Positions 26,561 to 42,089 are shown, counted from the first letter of the stretch. The stretch: 64,000 nucleotides of DNA from Octopus vulgaris (GCA_951406725.2 OX597825.1:15686001-15750000), one strand, 5' to 3'. The notes: generated by a model not told the origin, from the letters alone. A program made the numbers and translations.

Positions 26561-29500
26561 AAGCAAAACAAAGAAGAAAGAGTTTGCTGTCTTGTGTATA
26601 TAAATATTTAAGTGAGGAAGAATGTCGGTGCCAAAAGCTGTTCTTTGAAGACTCTCAGGCCAGCAAGATTGATGCGGCCGATGACCTGCCTGATCATCTG
26701 CCAGTCAATATCAGCAGAAAAACCGTTGTTGAAAAATTGCTTACAAGAATTTGTTTCCCTCACAAAGGGAGATTATCCTGACATAATTCACGGCTGGTTA
26801 ACCATCCTTCCCATATAAGATATGCCTAATGATCTGGGGAAGGAGCGTCTGCGTTTCCAATCAATTTAGTAGAAACAGTAGCCAAGTTTTTGTCATTCAG
26901 ACCCTCAGATCAGTTTCTGTTATAAGAACACATTAATCAACGTATTTTATCGACCTCGACACGTACACAAAAATACTGAATTGTCACGGATGGAACGTCT
27001 TTAATAAATGTCCATATTTCATTCGCTTATTAATTACTGGTTGCACATATTCTATCAGTGTGTGTTAATGTTAGCTGGCAGAGTCGTTAGTACACTGGAT
27101 GAAATGCTTTGCAGAATTTCGTCCGTCTTTCAGTTCAAATTCCGCCGAGGTCGATTTTGCCTTTCATCATTTCGAGGTCGATAAAATAAGTACCACTTAA
27201 GTACAGAGGTCAATGTACTCGACTTACGCCTCACTCGATGTTGCTGGCCTTGGCCCAAAATTTGAAAGCAATATTATATACTGTATTTATATCATATTCG
27301 CATATTCTTTAGAATATGTTTATTGTATTCCTTTTGTAAGGTAATCAGGAGAGAACACAATGTTCATAATACCTACAGACGCATTTTTTTTCTTTATTTT
27401 TTTCACATTCATCACTGCTCGTAAACATTTGCTTCAAATTTTGGCATAAGGCCAACAATTTTGGGTGAGGGCTAACTCGATTACATCGAGTTCAGTACTC
27501 AACTGGTACTTATTTTTTCAACCCCGAAGGACGAAAGGCAAAGTTGACGTCGGCGGAATTTGAACTCAGAACAAAAAGACTGATGAAATGTTAACGATGC
27601 TGCCAGCTCGCCGCTCACAGTTTGTAAATGTTGGTACCAACAAGTAAGTGTTACAAATAACGAAGTGACATTATGAACGATCAAATTAAAAATTTGAACG
27701 CATAATCCCCGAGACTAGCTTATCTTCCTTTATTATTTCATACCATTTAGTTATCTGCATGAATCGTTTGCAGGTCCTACAAAATGCATAGCAGTATTGC
27801 TTCTGCTCTTTACGTTCTGAGTTCAAATCCCGCCGAGGTCAGCTTTGCCTTTGCTCCCTTTGCAGTCGATAAAATAAAGTACCACTCACATACTTTGGTC
27901 GGTGTAGTTGATTTGGCCTCTCCCCTTCAAAATTACTGGTCTTGAAACCTGGAACGGACCGGCATCCTGTTCAGAGGAAATGCTAATGTTATGATCTCGG
28001 TCGCTTATACGCCATGGTAACCGAATAACAAGCATTTAAGTCCGAGGGTTCGGCAACAAAAGATGTTATCTGCACACAAGTGCGGTTAAATTAGATCAGT
28101 TGCTTGACCTTTCGGAGATTAGAGGTATCTATGATCGAATGATCGTTTCTATTGATTTCTGCGGTGGAGGAAACATTCGATTATATTGATCTCAATGTAA
28201 TTGAGCGAGCAAGAGAGGAAAACAAAGGATGTCTGTCTGGTTTCTGATAAGAATATTTTGACTAAGCTCTGTTTTTCGTGAAGATACCGCTCAATATTTA
28301 TAGTTTACCTTCGTATCAAGGTTCATCAAATCACGGGAAAATAATTAAGAAAGGGCAATTTATATGGAGTGGCTTCAATGTTAAGAAATGGAACGTATAA
28401 TTTCCGGTAACTCAGACCGCCTCTTACAAAGGCATTTACCCAGAGGATGGCGTGGGAGATGGGCAGGAACAAACACTCTGAATCACGGGGGCTGCACTTA
28501 CGGATAACCCTCTACACCCCGATGGCGGTGAGCAGGGATATATTATGGGGACTGAGAACGCCGGAGGAGTTCTCCACTGTCACAGGCTCAACCATAATCC
28601 TGTCAGAGAGCGACCGATACCTTGAAAGTTTCCTTTTCATAGCCTAGCGAGCAGCAGAGCCTGGGCTGATAGCTGAACACACCAAGATTATTGATATTTT
28701 GTTTTATTGATCGCGGAAGGATGCAAAGCAAAGACAAATGTTTACACAACGCAATACGACTGCTATTACACAATACTCAACGCTCTCAATCAACGGCTCA
28801 CATTGAACTGCTCGCCACTCCATTGCTCACAGTTCTTTATTCTATAGCAACGTGTCAGTCCACTTTTAATCACATGGGGATGGTCGGAATCCTTCCACAA
28901 AACAACCTCAGAAGGATTCTAACACATCGTAAATACTGCAAGGTGACGCTTCACCATCGAGATATAGAAAATTACACGTTACACTTTTAAATAAGGCAAG
29001 GATACATTAGATAATGTAATCTTTCATATTCATAAACAGACAGGATGGTCACGGCCAAAATGTCTTTGAACATATATTTACCCCATCGTAGGTGCAGCTG
29101 TGTGGTTAAGAAGCTCACTTTGAAACCACTTCATTTCGAGTTCAGTTCTACTTCGCGGCATTTTAGACAGGTGTTTTCTACTTCAGTCCCAGGCAGGCTA
29201 ATGTCTTGTGAGTGAATTTGATAGACGGAAATTGTGTGGAAGCTTATCCTCGTATAAGTGTATATGTGTGTTTTGAATGTGTGTTCTGTATTGGTTAAGG
29301 TGTTATACTCACGATCGCGAGCTCGTAGGTTCGACTCCCAGATTGGCTGTGCATTGTTTTCTTAAGCAAAACACTTCATTTCACGTTGCTCCAGTCTGTC
29401 CAGCTGTGAATAGGTAACTCTGCGATGGACTTGCATTCCGTTCAGAGGGAATGTTAGCCTACCCGCCCAGGCAGTGGTATGGTACCATTCGTAAACTAAA

Positions 29501-31788
29501 ACAGTGCGAAGCGTATTGTGTCCAGCGGTGTATAACAGCAACCGGTAGTTTGATCGATACCGTAATGGATATATACATATGTATGTATAGTGTGTGTGTA
29601 TACATGTAAATATATACATACGTATGTATAGTGTGTGTATCCGTGTGTGTGTGTGTCTGTGTGTCTGTGCATATGCGCGTTTGTGTATGTCTTTACATAC
29701 ACACCACCGTTTGACAAATGATATTGGTTTCTTTACGTCCCTATAACTTAGTAGTTCGGCAAAAACTGACCGATAGAACAAGTGGCAGACTTGCAAAATA
29801 ATTACTGGGTTCGATTTGCTTTACTAAACTGCCGAAGGTAATGTCCCAGCATGGTCGCAGTCCAGTAAATGAAACAAGTAAAAGATACCGGATTAAAGGA
29901 AAACGAGTCGGGGCCGGTCTACCACCCTTTATCTCCCTTTAACACGTTCTTCTAGTTAGAAAAAGGAAGGTAAAAAGGACGTGTAAAACTAGTAATAAGG
30001 TAAATCATGTTTTTAAAACAATAAAAAAAGCAACGATTTCTTTAACTATTTTCTGAAATATTGAATTGTAAAAAGCACCACGATAAATGTTAATACTAAT
30101 TCAATTAAAACATACATCCATCATGTTTACAGTAATGACATTTGGGTGGAGCTATCAAATTTAAGCAACAGCGAATTGCATATCTCTGTAAACTACTAAA
30201 AACCATAAAATATTACCAACTTGTCTGATAGTATTTTACAGCAATATTCCGATTATTCACTGAAAAGAGAAAGTGAAAAACAAACATATATTTAAAAGAA
30301 GTGGCGGCGATGGCGGCAGTGGTGGTGGTGGTGGTAGTTAGTTGACGCATAGTAGTACAATATTCAAGTCAACACATGTCTTAATTACTGATCATTCATT
30401 ACAGCTATTAACATTTCAACTATTTATGCTGTAGCGATGAAATTAAAATATAATTAAAAACAGACAGGTTACTAAGGTATTAAATAATGTAAGATGACGA
30501 TATTGTTTGAGAAATGATTCTCATAGCTGTCATGTTGGGGAGATTTAGTTGTAAAGTTCGTTCAAAAGTATAGCTTGTCTTATTTGTTTGGCCATTTTGG
30601 TGTGGTTTAATCGATATGGAGTTTAGTAAGGCGTGCTGGGTTGGTAGAAACATTTGAGTGTTTGAAAAGCCCTTGTATTATTTAGTTTTGGTTGCCGAGA
30701 TCGACTTTGCCTTTCTTCCTTCCGGGCTCGATTAAATAAGTACCAGTGGAGCACTGGAGTTAATGTAATTGATTAGGCCCTCCCGCAAAAATTCAAGCTT
30801 TGTGTCTACAGTACAAGGAATTACTTTCGATTCGATCTTACAAGGCTACGAGTTAGCAGAACGGTCAAAGCCTAGGACAATATGCTTTCCGTTAGATCAT
30901 CGAACTCATTTCGTTCAGAGCTCAAATTTCGCCAAGGTCTACTTTTTTCTATCCTCTCGGGATTGGTCGATAAAAAAAAACACCTCTCTAGCACCAGGAT
31001 CAATGTAGTCAAATAACCAACTTTCTTAAAAGCTGTTGGCCTTGTACCAACATTCGAAACCAATATTTTATTATGATTCTCTATATTCTTAGTCCAAATT
31101 CCGATAACTATATTTTCAATCCTTCCTTCCAAGGACCAATAAAATAAATGCTCGTCAAATACCGAGATTCCTTTAGTCGACTATTTTCTCCTCGCCTCGA
31201 CACCCAATAACCTTCATCGCCGAGGATCAATGTAAAAAAAAAAATAGCTGATGTGTCCTAATTGTAGTTGTTTAACTGAATTGTATATGGATATGGGGGT
31301 GACGTAGTATCAAGTTGCTAAATAATCTTGCAGCCAGTCTAGTACATTTCTTAACCTTTTGAACCCGCCAGGCCAGAAAACTACACCACTATCTCAAATA
31401 TTACCTCACTATGTTTCTTATCTGCTGCCACCTGGCCTTTCTCAACCTTTCCCAACACAGCTCTTCAAGCCAATTTCTTCTTCCGGTCAATTCAGCACCC
31501 CATGACCATTTAACTCAGGCATGTTTCTTTCTCTCCATCCATTTTTCTGTATAAGAGTGTAGGCTCAAAACATTAAAGATTTCTATTTTCCTGAGTATCA
31601 ACCGAATACACTTTGTCTGTTGTTCTTTCCCCTCGTCTTTGCGTTTTCAGTATGTTTGGATCATATATTCATATATTTATTCACTTTACGATACAAATAA
31701 GATTATATTTTTTCGAACGCAGAGTTGTTGTTAGAACAGCAGAAATACAGGGAAAATTACCCTTACAAGGCGAAAAATTTGTCAACAA

Positions 31789-31860
31789 GCTGCCATGAGA
31801 TTCGAACCCGTATCGCTCAAAGACTATAGCCGAGTGCTTTATCATTAAGCTAAACTGTCC
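31789..31860 (-). pseudogene. tRNA-like sequence flanked by 12-bp inverted repeats
   Basis: Minus strand ggacagtttagcttaatgataaagc...acgggttcgaatctcatggcagc has A- and B-box motifs but a poor acceptor stem; flanks are aaatttgtcaac and gctgacaaattt. Confidence 0.55.
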
Positions 31861-31973
31861 GCTGACAAATTTACCATCGAATTAGACGCTAAATACTTTA
31901 ACTTTATTGAACAACCTGGTGTGTATAAATGTAAAAGAAAATATTTGCACTTTTATTAGAAGCGTCGAAAATT

Positions 31974-32386
31974 CTTTTACTCTTTTGCTTGTTTCACTCA
32001 TTTGACTGTGGCCATGCTAGAGCACCGCCTTTAGTCGAGCAAATCGACCCCAGGACTTATTCTTTGGAAGCCTAGTACTTATTCTATCGGTCACTTTTGC
32101 CTAACCGCTAAGTTACGGGGACGTAAACACACGAGCATCGGTTGTCAAGCGATGTTGGTGGGACAAACGCAGACACACAAACATATACACACACACACAC
32201 ATAAATACATATATACATATATACAACGGGATTCTTTCAATTTCCGTCTACCAAATCCACTCACAAGGCTTTGGTCGGCCCGAGGCTATAGTAGAAGACA
32301 CTTGCCCAAGGTGCCACGCAGTGGGACTGAACCCAGAACCATGTGGTTCGTAAGCAAGCTACTTACCACACAGTCACTCCTACGCC
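31974..32386 (-). mobile_element. SINE family B, full-length
   Basis: Reverse complement of the family B consensus; a partial copy follows at 32405-32705. Confidence 0.92.
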
Positions 32387-33169
32387 TATGTTTTCATTTA
32401 TCTTTTATCTTTTACTTCTTTCAGACACTTGATTGCGGCTATGCTGGAGCACCATCTTGCAGGGTTTTTTTCGGTCGAACACATCGACCCTAGGATATAT
32501 TTTTTAAAGCCTAGTATTTATTCTATTGGGCTCTTTTGCAGAAACGCTAAGTTACGGAACATAAACACACCAACACCGACTGTAAAGCTGTAGTTGGGGA
32601 GAAACACAAATACAAAATCACACACAAACAAACATACATATATATACAAATACATACAGACACACACACGACAGGCTTCTTTCAGTTTCCGTCTACCAAA
32701 TTCATACACACTCACACAATCTTGGTTCATACACCACTTCTTTAAATATCGGTCATCTCCGAGGCGATCCACTTGTTTTTAGAACCGTTCATCGTGACTC
32801 CATCCTCTCTCAGCAACTGCTTCTATGCTTTCCTTATTAAAAATAAAATATTCACGTTTTCTCGGTTCTACTGTCAGTCACTTTCAAAAATTCATAGTTG
32901 ATTCGCACCTTAAAATTAGTCCCACACTGAAGATTGCTTCAGATGAAGGATGGACTGGGGAAATGGAAATGAACGCTGTGTGTTTTTATAATTCAATTTG
33001 GATTTCAGTTGTTAAATATTGACGAGTCAAATTCTTTCCTTCTTTACTAACAGTAATAGTTGGCAAAATCGTTAGAATACCGGACAAAAATTATCCTGCA
33101 TTCTTGTATGTTGTAAGTTCAAATCCTAGCAAAGCCAACTACAATCACATCCTTCCAAAAATGGACAAA

Positions 33170-33568
33170 TCTTTATATATAAAAGTAAGGTTGTGTGTCT
33201 GTCTCCTACGATTTAGATTCCTAACTACTCCCACATTTTGAGGTGCGGTTTAACCAAAACCGGGTATCTTATAGTCGTGATTCATATCGAGCCCTTCTGG
33301 GTATTAGCGCGCGTCTACGATGAGTCTACGATTTTTAAAAAAATTTACCATCATTTTTTTCCATTTTAATGCATTTTTTCGCTATTATATAAGGGAAGTA
33401 ACTCTCTAAAAATGTCTACGATGAGTCAACGATTTTTTAAAAAAATTTGCCATCATTTTTTTTTCCATTTTTAATGCGTTTTTTTGCTATTTTTTGGCTA
33501 TAACTCTCTAAAAATGCTTTATAGTTATTTCCCTTACAAACCCGAGCAACGCCGGGCGATACTGCTAG
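33170..33568 (+). mobile_element. Non-autonomous Helitron
   Basis: 5' TCtttatatataaaag; 3' hairpin cccgagcaacgccggg then CTAG; inserted between A and T with no TSD; internal ~100-bp tandem duplication. Confidence 0.88.
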
Positions 33569-34460
33569 TAAATTATAAATTAAAATCTAATATCGATTGG
33601 ATCGACTGTCTCTTTTGGTTAGTAACCCTCTATTACAACAACGACCAAGTGCTCAACTCCTTCATATCATCATTCCTCTCTGTCTTTTCGTTTCTCTTAC
33701 CTCCTCCTTACTCGTCTTTCTTTTGCTGTCTTCCTTTATTTATTTATTTCCTTCTATCTCTCCCTTTGCTTCTTCATTTCTTCCTTCCTTCATCGTCTCG
33801 GCTCACTTCCAGCCTCTTCTTGTTTTCGTCTTAAGCTTTACACGCTGACAACTTACATTTCTGAATTATTTTACAAAGAGACATAAATCTTCAATCTTCA
33901 ACATAGTAATACTCCTCTTGCACTATAAAATGATTTTATATTCCTTTTCCTAAGAAATATTTTCACGTGTTAAACCCACTTCTTCCACAGGAGAAATATA
34001 ACATTTTACCGCCCATTTCCAACAGAGAGAAGCATTTCTCACAAGAGAACTCAATAAATATTTAATATTCAGAGCAACGGCATATACGTTTCGAGAAACA
34101 TATAACCGAAACTAAACATGTTACAACATCCGTTCTAAAGAAAGTATATGTCAAAATAATACCTAATTTACTAGCGTAGATGTATTCGGTTCCGGACTTT
34201 TATGTACAAGCTTCGCTTTCTGCGGGCTTGTCGAGGAATGCTAGCACGGACAACCGAGTTACTGTGTGGTGAAGTCTGCCATCATTACCTATCGACACAT
34301 GGTGGTGAAACTATTATTCTCTGAAGGAGTACAACGAAAATTTCAAATTTCAAACAGCATAATAGTTTCAGCTTCCGATAAATTATATAAATCTAATTTC
34401 AGTATTAGGTACAACTTTACACTCTTCTCCTTACACAAACGTACACACGAACTCACACAC

Positions 34461-34702
<242 letters not shown>

Positions 34703-34748
34703 GATAAATTACTCTGGCGGATAAATCACTCTTCTCTTGGTTTTCAAT

Positions 34749-34789
<41 letters not shown>

Positions 34790-34948
34790 AATTAATCAAA
34801 GGACATACTAAGTATGTCTACCTGCTGGAAATAACAGTCAAAACTCTTATTCAAATCGCCAAAATACAGTGATGATAACTACAGGAATCAACCTAGGGCA
34901 AATCAGGTTAAGACAATCTCCCGACGTACGTTTAAGCATTTGGACTGA

Positions 34949-34998
34949 CGTGGACCGGTTTCTGCACTGCCAAAAATAACCTTAGCTTCTTCAACACG
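34949..34998 (-). ncRNA. Degenerate type I hammerhead
   Basis: CGTG-TTGAAGA-agctaaggttatttttggcagtgca-GAAA-CCGG-TC-CACG; adjacent 34800-34900 resembles 7290-7385. Confidence 0.6.
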
Positions 34999-35098
34999 CT
35001 TTACCATGATAGAGACTCCCAACCTATCGTTTTAAAGTCTGCGCCGCAATTGATTCGTTTTGCACCGAAATCATTGCAGCCATCATTGTGGAAATAAT

Positions 35099-35130
<32 letters not shown>

Positions 35131-35159
35131 GTATGTGTTTGTGTGTGTGTGTATGTATG

Positions 35160-35212
<53 letters not shown>

Positions 35213-35279
35213 GTATATATATATATACATCAAAAATATGTATACATATATACATATATATACATAAAAAATCTTGCAA

Positions 35280-35332
<53 letters not shown>

Positions 35333-35426
35333 TAATATCTGTGTATACGTGAGCGTGTGTCTCTATTATTGTATGCTTAGCTATGTGTATATATATAAAT
35401 ATATACTGTGAAGCATTGTATAGAAT

Positions 35427-35700
35427 ATATTGTATAAAATATCGTGGGTAAGGCCAAAACAATGCGAAGTAAACGCAAGGTAAATCACAAGAAAACGAAA
35501 ATGTGAATTAATGTAGATTTACCTTGTATTCAATATTTTGGGGTTATGACCCCATTTTCAATTTCTTGGAAACGGGATCATAACCCCGAAATATTGAATT
35601 CAAGGTAAGACTACAATAATTCACATATTCGTTTTCTTGTGATTTACCTTGCGTTTACTTCGCATTGTTTTGGCCTTACCCACGATGTTTTATACAATAT
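35427..35700. repeat. ~127-bp inverted repeat with a ~20-bp spacer
   Basis: 35427-35553 versus 35574-35700 with few mismatches; AT microsatellite context. Confidence 0.93.
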
Positions 35701-36047
35701 AAATATATATATATAAGTATATCTATGTATGTATATATGTATTATGTATATATGCACACAGAGAGGAGAGAGAGATAAAGGTAAGTATAATTGGTTTAAA
35801 TAGAATTATATGCTATACTATGTAACAGATTTTTACAATTTATAACAATATATATGTGTATTTGTGAGGATGTGCGTATATGAGTGTGTATGAGTGACTG
35901 TTTTTGTATGTGTGTATACTGTATATATGTGTGTGTATGTGTATGTATTTGTGTGCAAATATGTATGCATTTATGTATGAATAAATGTATGTTTGAGTTT
36001 ATGCATTCATTACTATTTATTTATACATCTATATAAATATTTATATT

Positions 36048-36089
<42 letters not shown>

Positions 36090-36284
36090 GATATATATTT
36101 ACAAATATATACTGTATACAGTGACAGACACTCAGACATGCAGATACTATATATATATATATATATATGCGTGTGTGTGTGTGTGTGTGTGTGCGTGTAT
36201 ATGTATATATGTATATGTAAATATATATATATATATGTATATATATGTATATGTATATGTATATATGTATATGTATATATGTAA

Positions 36285-36331
<47 letters not shown>

Positions 36332-36697
36332 CATATACACGCACACCCACATATATGTATGTTTGTATGTATATATGTATGTATGTATGTATGTAAACAT
36401 ACAAGACGCCATAGAAGTGCATATATACATATATATATATATGTACATATATGTACGTCGTGTTTCTCCGTGTATATAGGTGAGCGCGTGAGTTCATGTG
36501 CCTGTGTCTGTGGCTGTAACTGCGTGCGTGTGTGCGTTTGCGTTTGTACGTGTGGGCATATGTGTGTTACCAAAAAGGAGTACGAAACGAGACATTAAAA
36601 CAATTTTCAGAACCAATATTGAAGGTGGCTAATGTTTGATTTTCTTGTTGTTTTTTTTTCTTTCATACGTGTTTATACGTCAACGCATGTATAAATA

Positions 36698-36756
<59 letters not shown>

Positions 36757-37633
36757 GTTATATAGAATTTCTTTTATTGTTCGCCTGTTTCCTTGTTTAT
36801 TTGTTATGTGTATGAATATTTTACATGTTTCATTGCTTTATCGATATTTTTTTTCTTTGTATATTTGTATATTTTTTATTGTTTGCTCTGGTTTTTTTTT
36901 TTTCGTTTGTTTATTCACGTCTGACTGTTATTTGTCTATTTCTTTGTTTGTTTGTTTGTTTTGTGCGTATTATTCTTCTATTATTGAAATTTAAACATTT
37001 ATCTAATTTGCCAGAATATTACAAGAATTGGCACTTAGGAATTTAACATTTATTTTTTAAAAGCAATAAAATACAATAAAAAAAAGTCTGCTAAAAAAAA
37101 ATAATATAATATACAACAAATACGGTGGCTTTCAGATTGTAATGTTATACATGACCCAAAATATAAACGAAGAATTCAAAAAGACAGTGGTTGTGAGTGG
37201 TGAATGATTTGGGTGGCGCGAAAGGTTGTGGCGTGAGTAAGAGCAACTGTGCCATAATGAATATTTAAATGTATAGTTTCTGTTTTTTTACCGAAAAAGT
37301 AAAACAGGAATAAGTTGAAATATTACATATGTATGTATATGTATATATATATATATGTATGCATGTGTATAATGGCTTAATGGCATATGTGTATATGTGT
37401 GTATTCATGAACTTATGTATTTGTGTATAGGTGTACATATACATGCACATACGTGCGTGTGAGAATATATTCTTGCGCATGTGTGTGTGCCTATACATAT
37501 ATATATTCATATGCACACACACACAATATATATATATATATACACACACATATATATATGTATGTATATATATATACGATATACTTCCATATATACGTAT
37601 TTATGTATACATGTGTGTCTACGTATGTTTGTT

Positions 37634-37667
<34 letters not shown>

Positions 37668-37726
37668 ATATACATAAACGTATATGAATATATATATATA
37701 TATATATATATACATAAACGTATATG

Positions 37727-37791
<65 letters not shown>

Positions 37792-38365
37792 TAATATGTA
37801 TGCATTATGTGTTTGTGAGAGTGCAAGTATATGTGTACATATATACACATATGTAGACACATATTCAACAATGTATTGTTGTGTAAATAAGTGTCTGGGT
37901 ATCGGTGTGTGTGCCTCTGATTTCATATGCGTTTGAGCTCTTGTATGTTAGTATGTCTGCGTCTGTGTACAATGACTACATTTTGTTGTCAGGTGATATT
38001 TACATATGTTGCTAGCAAATATATCAAATATATGAAAATGAAATATTATTTTCATATGCATATATATATATATTGATATACATATGTCTATCACATATAT
38101 ATATATATATGCAGTTTATATATATATATATGTATATATATATTTATATATGTATATGTATATACATACATACATACATACATACATACATACATACATA
38201 CATACATACATACATACATACATGTATGTGTTTATGTATGTATTGTATTTCCGAATAAGTTAATCTGCAATCATTTTTTTCGTTCCCTGTCACCAGTCTT
38301 TTTATTTTTCAGATTACTACACGCACACACACACACACGCACGCACACACACACACACACACACG

Positions 38366-38396
<31 letters not shown>

Positions 38397-38915
38397 GCTT
38401 GCACGCACACACACATACACACACACACAGAGAGAGAGGCACTTACGTCGTCATATATTATTATGCACGTATATGTGTATGAGAGAAAATCATGTATATA
38501 TGTGTATACACCTGTAAGTATATATATACATATACATACACACATGTATATAAACATATATGCACACACACATAATACACAGATATATATATATATATAT
38601 ATATATATTCATATGCATATATCAACATCTAAAAGTTTTTAATATCAAGGAATTTACGCTATTGGTTCTTTCTGTCTATGTTCTTTATTTCTAGTATTAC
38701 ATACTTCAGTCAGTCGATTGCGGCCAAGTTACAGCACCATTTTATAGAGATGTTTTAGTCCAGCATCGCTTCTTCAATATTTATTTTACTTTCGTAGTTA
38801 ATTTACAATCAGATATTTTACTAATTGTTTCAGTTATCATTTTTTTCCGTTTCAACTGGTTCTGGGTTGAACACAGAAGTACAGAGAGTCGTAAACAGTC
38901 GCATGGGCTTATATA

Positions 38916-39021
<106 letters not shown>

Positions 39022-39246
39022 TATATATGTATATATGTGTGAAAATTTGAACATCTAGTAATTTCATTGAAAATATTTCGTAAATATATAATAAATATGT
39101 TAACTTTCACAGACCCAAAAAATTAGTAAGAAAGAATAGTTTCATATAAACCCACGTATAATTTCGATCCCTGCACAAACAATCCCTAAAACATTATGTA
39201 AACACTCGCCTACTGTCATTAATATTGCAAAATATTCGGCAAAAAT

Positions 39247-39630
39247 GGCGGCAGAAACGTTAGTACGCCTGGTGAAATACTTAGCGGCATTTCGTCTGTC
39301 GCTACGTTCTGAGTTCAAATTCCGCCGAGGTCGACTTTGCCTTTCAACATTTCAGGGTCGATTAAAAAAGTACCAGTTACGCACTGGTATCGATATAATC
39401 GACTTAATCCGTTTGTCTGTCCTTGTTTGTCCCTCTGTGTTTAGCCCCTCGTAGGTAGTAACGAAATAGGTATTTCGTCTGTCTTTACGTTCTGAATTCA
39501 AATTCAACCGAGGTCGACTTTGCCTTTCATCCTTTCGGGGTCGATAAATTCAGTACCAGTTGCCTACTGAAGGCGATCTAATCGACTGGCCCCTCCCCAA
39601 AAATTTCGGGCGTTGTGCCTAGAGTAGAAA
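39247..39630 (+). mobile_element. SINE family A dimer
   Basis: Junction gaaatag|gtatttcgtc at ~39469. Confidence 0.9.
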
Positions 39631-40661
39631 AGAAGATATTCCATAAAAATAGTATCGAAATTAATTCTTTAACTAAAACCAATTCTGCAGCTGTTCGAAT
39701 AGTAACACTGTTGAACTTATTCAAACTACTCCAGTTACTTTCAACCAAATTTATCTTCAAAACTGTGTCGATGCTCCTATATATCTTTTCAATTTTAAAT
39801 ACCTAGCAAGTTTTATAGACTTTCGTGCAGAAGTGAAGAAACCTGATGAACGGATTAGGATAAGTGTCAAAGTCAATCTGATCGAAAACTGAACTCAAAG
39901 CATAAAGGGAAGTAACTAAAGATACCATTTATTTTTTCTGACGTTCTAATTTTTTTACTTTTCACTGTCATGTAATTTAGACATAATCTAAATAGGATGT
40001 CATCTAAAATTGAATTTCAGCTTAATCATAAAAAATATTCTTTTCTACTCTAGGCACAAGACCCGAAATTTGTGGGGAGAGGGCCAGTCGATTAAATTGA
40101 CCCCAGTACGCAACTGGTACTTAATTTATCGACCCCGAAATTATGAAAAACAAAGTCGATCTCAGCAGAATTTGAATTCAGAACGTAAAGACAGACAAAA
40201 TATCCGTACTGTATTAAGGCTCCCCCGCGTTAGATAGAAATAATTTATGTTGCAATAGCAGCCGATTCCATTGAGTAGTAGAACAACAAGAATACGAAGG
40301 TGATATGTGTAATTTGCTTCTTTGCTCATAAAAGGGGACTAGATTTGGTGCCTTAACTTGAATACTCTCGTTATTGATGGAGGGTGAGTTTTAATTGGTT
40401 CCAGTAATTAATATATTTACATTGTAACAGAATCTGGCTGTACTTGTTTATATATGTGAAATGATTTTGCCAAAAAACATGTGTAGGTAGATTCTGGCAA
40501 AACCAGGACAACGTCGAACAAAATACCAAAAATATGTCTTAATTTTTTTTTACTTTAAATACTGCTAAAGTTTGTAGTCGATAAAATAAAGCACCTAAAG
40601 TACGATTAAATTACTGAACCTTGTTCAAAGTTATATGGATTTGTGCCTATGATACAAATCA

Positions 40662-40960
40662 ATCCATGCATCATCTCCGCCCACTATTTCAGGGCTGGTT
40701 GTTGAGGTACAGTCCTCAAGCGTCCCTTCCATAAGGTCTTATCAGAGGCAACCATCATTAAACTTTCTGACTGGATTACAAAGCGTGAGAGTGTGTATAT
40801 TATCCAACCATCTCGTTCTTGGTCTACCCCCTGGATATCCTGCCGATTGGCAAGGCTTGAAGAATCCGTCTTGCTATTCTTTCCTGCGAAATTCTTATTA
40901 CAATTCCGTATTACCGAAGATGTTATCTCTCAATGCGGAGAAGCAGGATTAAATCGAAAC
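40662..40960 (-). mobile_element. RTE-clade LINE 3' remnant
   Basis: Reverse complement similar to 9128-9490 (agaaagtttaatgatggttgcctctgataagaccttatgga). Confidence 0.72.
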
Positions 40961-42048
40961 CGTTCAAAGGGATTTGGACTTCGACACGGACGCGTATTCT
41001 CTTTTTTTTATTCATAATTTTTATGAAGCGAATTAATACGTGCAGCCGTTGAGGAAGTATTATCACATATGGAAGGTGAATGATCGGTCGGCTGATATTT
41101 ACAGACGACATGGTGCCACTTGGCTCATCAAAGATGATCTCCGACATGCACTGAATGGGTTTCGGTGCCGTGTACTGCGAAAACTGATACAAATCAATAA
41201 AAATTAGTTCAAATACTACCGAAAGGATTTTGCTCACGATCCTACCAGGCGTGGATAAAATAAAGTACCAGTCCAGTACTGGAGTTGATTAAATCAGTTA
41301 TGCCCTACAAACAAATATACATTAAAAAATGTACTAATACAGATATTAATATAAAGTATCAAAACTAGAATGAGTAGTAGAACAGAAATGTTTCCAGTTC
41401 AAATCCCGCCCAAGTACACTTTGCTTTTCATCGTTCAGAAGTCGATAAAAAGATGAACCAATTAAAGATTAAGGTTGGTGTAATCAACCACATCTTAGAA
41501 GGCGGCGTCAGCATGATTAGAGTCTAATGACCGAAACCAATAAAAAGAATAAGAAGTCTATACTTTACCGATTTATTTCGTTAGTTCTTCAATCGATTTC
41601 CGATTTCCAAATCTGCTCTTTGTCACCTTTGTTGGAAGGATGAGGGAAAAAAAAACTGTATATGAAAAAAAAAATAGACGTAAAACATTTCAAACTAAAA
41701 ACGAAGAGAAGAAAAAATAAGTAAAATTGATGACACAAAGGAGACTATTAAGGTGAATACACCGGAAAGATCAATATAGGAGTTAACAAGAGCACTGTCG
41801 GATAATTCACAATTCTTCCCCCCACAATTCTTCTCTCTCCTTCTTTCTTCTCCCCTTTCTCTCCTTCTTACTTTCGTTTTCTCTGTGTATGTACATTTAC
41901 ACATACACATACACACACACACACACATGTATATATCTGTCTCTACCTTTTATTCTCTCTCCTTCACTCTTTCATTCTCTGTATATATAAATATGCATGT
42001 GTGTGCGTGAGTATATATATATATATATATATGTATGTATTTGCATGC

Positions 42049-42089
<41 letters not shown>

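Noticed and set aside
28440-28690. GC-richer island with a 66-aa ORF
   Set aside because: No recognisable motif; possibly a decayed retroelement fragment but unsupported
39843-39900. CTGATGA...GAAAA
   Set aside because: Lies in a decayed SINE A copy and no closing stems form
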